A DNA stretch of 64,000 bases from positions 124,001-188,000 of the forward strand of contig JAMDHS010000030.1 of the NCBI GenBank assembly GCA_029717555.1, written 5' to 3'. Below, in pieces: positions 63,876-64,000 of this stretch. The DNA comes from Peribolospora baueri (lineage: Eukaryota). The notes beneath the pieces were generated by a model. It saw nothing but the letters and a program-made list of their open reading frames with translations, was not told where the DNA came from and did not search any database. Position 1 is the first letter of the stretch; each line of letters starts with the position of its first letter. A program made the translations under genes and the position numbers.

Positions 63876-64000
63876 CCGCTCCAGGTTCTCGCTCTGTCAC
63901 CCTAACCTTTTCTTGATTATGGCCGGGTGGACAGGAGGGTGGGCTGGGGCTACCCACTATGGTCATCACAACCATGTACATGTACGACACGTCCTTAATA

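Overview
Gene-dense, GC-rich, intron-rich eukaryotic DNA from a basidiomycete fungus. The 7TM-like family and intron style suggest Pucciniomycotina, which is an inference. About 18 spliced or unspliced protein-coding loci can be reconstructed by hand: a hypothetical protein, an APH/choline-kinase-like phosphotransferase, COX9, SLA1, a GPI-anchored Cys-rich protein, RDS3/PHF5A, a PACT-domain spindle-pole-body coiled-coil protein, a mitochondrial PPR protein, STT3, CDC55 (PP2A B55), ERG13, a full and a 5'-truncated copy of a multi-TM protein, PAP1, a large low-complexity protein, a HAM1/DUF4449-like protein, an ENT3-like epsin, an MpaB/DUF2236 oxygenase and a Tsp2-type tetraspanin. I recognised no rRNA, tRNA, transposon or CRISPR features. 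The most interesting signals concern splicing: Rds3/PHF5A has Leu at the normally Tyr36 branch-point-adenosine pocket residue, the phosphotransferase gene appears to need a GG-AG intron, and an orphan 3' half of a 7TM-like gene sits in splice phase behind ERG13. Most ORFs in the six-frame track are antisense or GC-driven shadows.
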